DNA of 64,000 nt from a bacterium ADurb.Bin243 (lineage in GTDB: Bacteria > Muiribacteriota > UBA9980): assembly GCA_002069765.1 (NCBI GenBank), contig MWBZ01000015.1, positions 7,579 through 71,578 of the forward strand, in the 5' to 3' direction. Numbering within the stretch: the stretch's first letter is position 1; each line of letters opens with the position of its first letter. The notes under the pieces were generated by a model that did not search any database, had not been told where the DNA came from, and was given only the letters and a program-made list of their open reading frames with translations. Shown here one piece after another: positions 63,714-64,000 of this stretch. Made by a program: the position numbers and the translations under genes.

Positions 63714-64000
63714 ATGATATTCATGAGCCCAAAAACCGTAAAGGCGTTATTTCCTTCTTTTTTAACTTTTTCTTTTCTTTATTTCGTTATTAATTTAATT
63801 TTAAGCGGCTATTGCTTCGCCGGCCAGACTGAAGAAAATATTATCACGCTCGAATCGGCCGTTAAAACGGCGATTGAAAACAATACCGATTTATTCGTTT
63901 CTTCGAAGCAGGTCGAAATCAGTGAAGGCGCTCTTCAATCGGCTTCGGGGGCTTTTGATACGAGCGTATCTAATTCGGTTTCATACGTCAACTCAAAAAA
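63714..64000 (+). CDS. Outer-membrane efflux protein (TolC family), N-terminal fragment continuing beyond the window
   Basis: Signal peptide, then LESAVKTAIENNTDLFVSSKQVEISEGALQSASGAFD, typical of the OEP/TolC N-terminal repeat. AGAGG RBS. Confidence 0.65.
   Translation, partial: MIFMSPKTVKALFPSFLTFSFLYFVINLILSGYCFAGQTEENIITLESAVKTAIENNTDLFVSSKQVEISEGALQSASGAFDTSVSNSVSYVNSK

Noticed and set aside
1-64000. CRISPR arrays, transposases, integrases, phage genes, rRNA
   Set aside because: I scanned for direct-repeat/spacer periodicity and for DDE transposase, tyrosine recombinase and phage structural motifs in all listed ORFs and found none. The only tandem repeats are short coding repeats (21-bp x2 at 16369-16410, Pro-rich decapeptide at about 1230-1300).

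Overview
This 64 kb window is bacterial chromosomal DNA with dense coding on both strands. Intergenic regions are AT-rich, several carry near-consensus sigma70 promoters, and GGAGG-type ribosome-binding sites are common. I found no transposases, integrases, CRISPR arrays or rRNA genes, so it looks like core chromosome rather than a mobile island.

Recognisable content, in order:
- A secreted zinc-ribbon repeat protein.
- A 1290-aa kinase-like, transmembrane, ankyrin-repeat protein.
- A secreted phospholipase D (two HKD motifs) next to a large secreted protein.
- A trxB, M42 peptidase, iron-sulfur flavoprotein and histidine phosphatase operon.
- A sensor histidine kinase.
- A complete Rnf electron-transport operon in the order rnfB-C-D-G-E-A followed by the flavin transferase apbE, with a small Cys-rich membrane ORF upstream.
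- A TonB-dependent receptor preceded by a cobalamin riboswitch on the minus strand.
- A clostripain-like (C11) peptidase.
- A minus-strand cluster of prepilin-like proteins with a large membrane-anchored protein and a beta-propeller protein.
- Cell-wall enzymes (M23 peptidase, L,D-transpeptidase) and a CvfB/S1-domain protein.
- A Ski2/HelY-like helicase followed by a membrane protein, a DEDDh exonuclease, and MoxR, DUF58 and transglutaminase genes with overlapping starts and stops.
- tadA immediately upstream of tRNA-Ser(TGA), tRNA-Ser(GCT) and tRNA-Arg(ACG).
- A signalling cluster: adenylate cyclase with HEAT repeats, a broken chemoreceptor gene, two hybrid histidine kinases and a CheY-like regulator.
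- The N-terminus of a TolC-like protein at the window edge.

The observations most worth follow-up:
- The pseudokinase-ankyrin giant protein.
- The helicase and exonuclease joined to the MoxR-DUF58-transglutaminase operon.
- The non-canonical pilin cluster.
- The decayed chemoreceptor whose Cache sensor domain is paralogous to the neighbouring hybrid kinase.
- The unannotated riboswitch.
- The tadA and substrate-tRNA adjacency.
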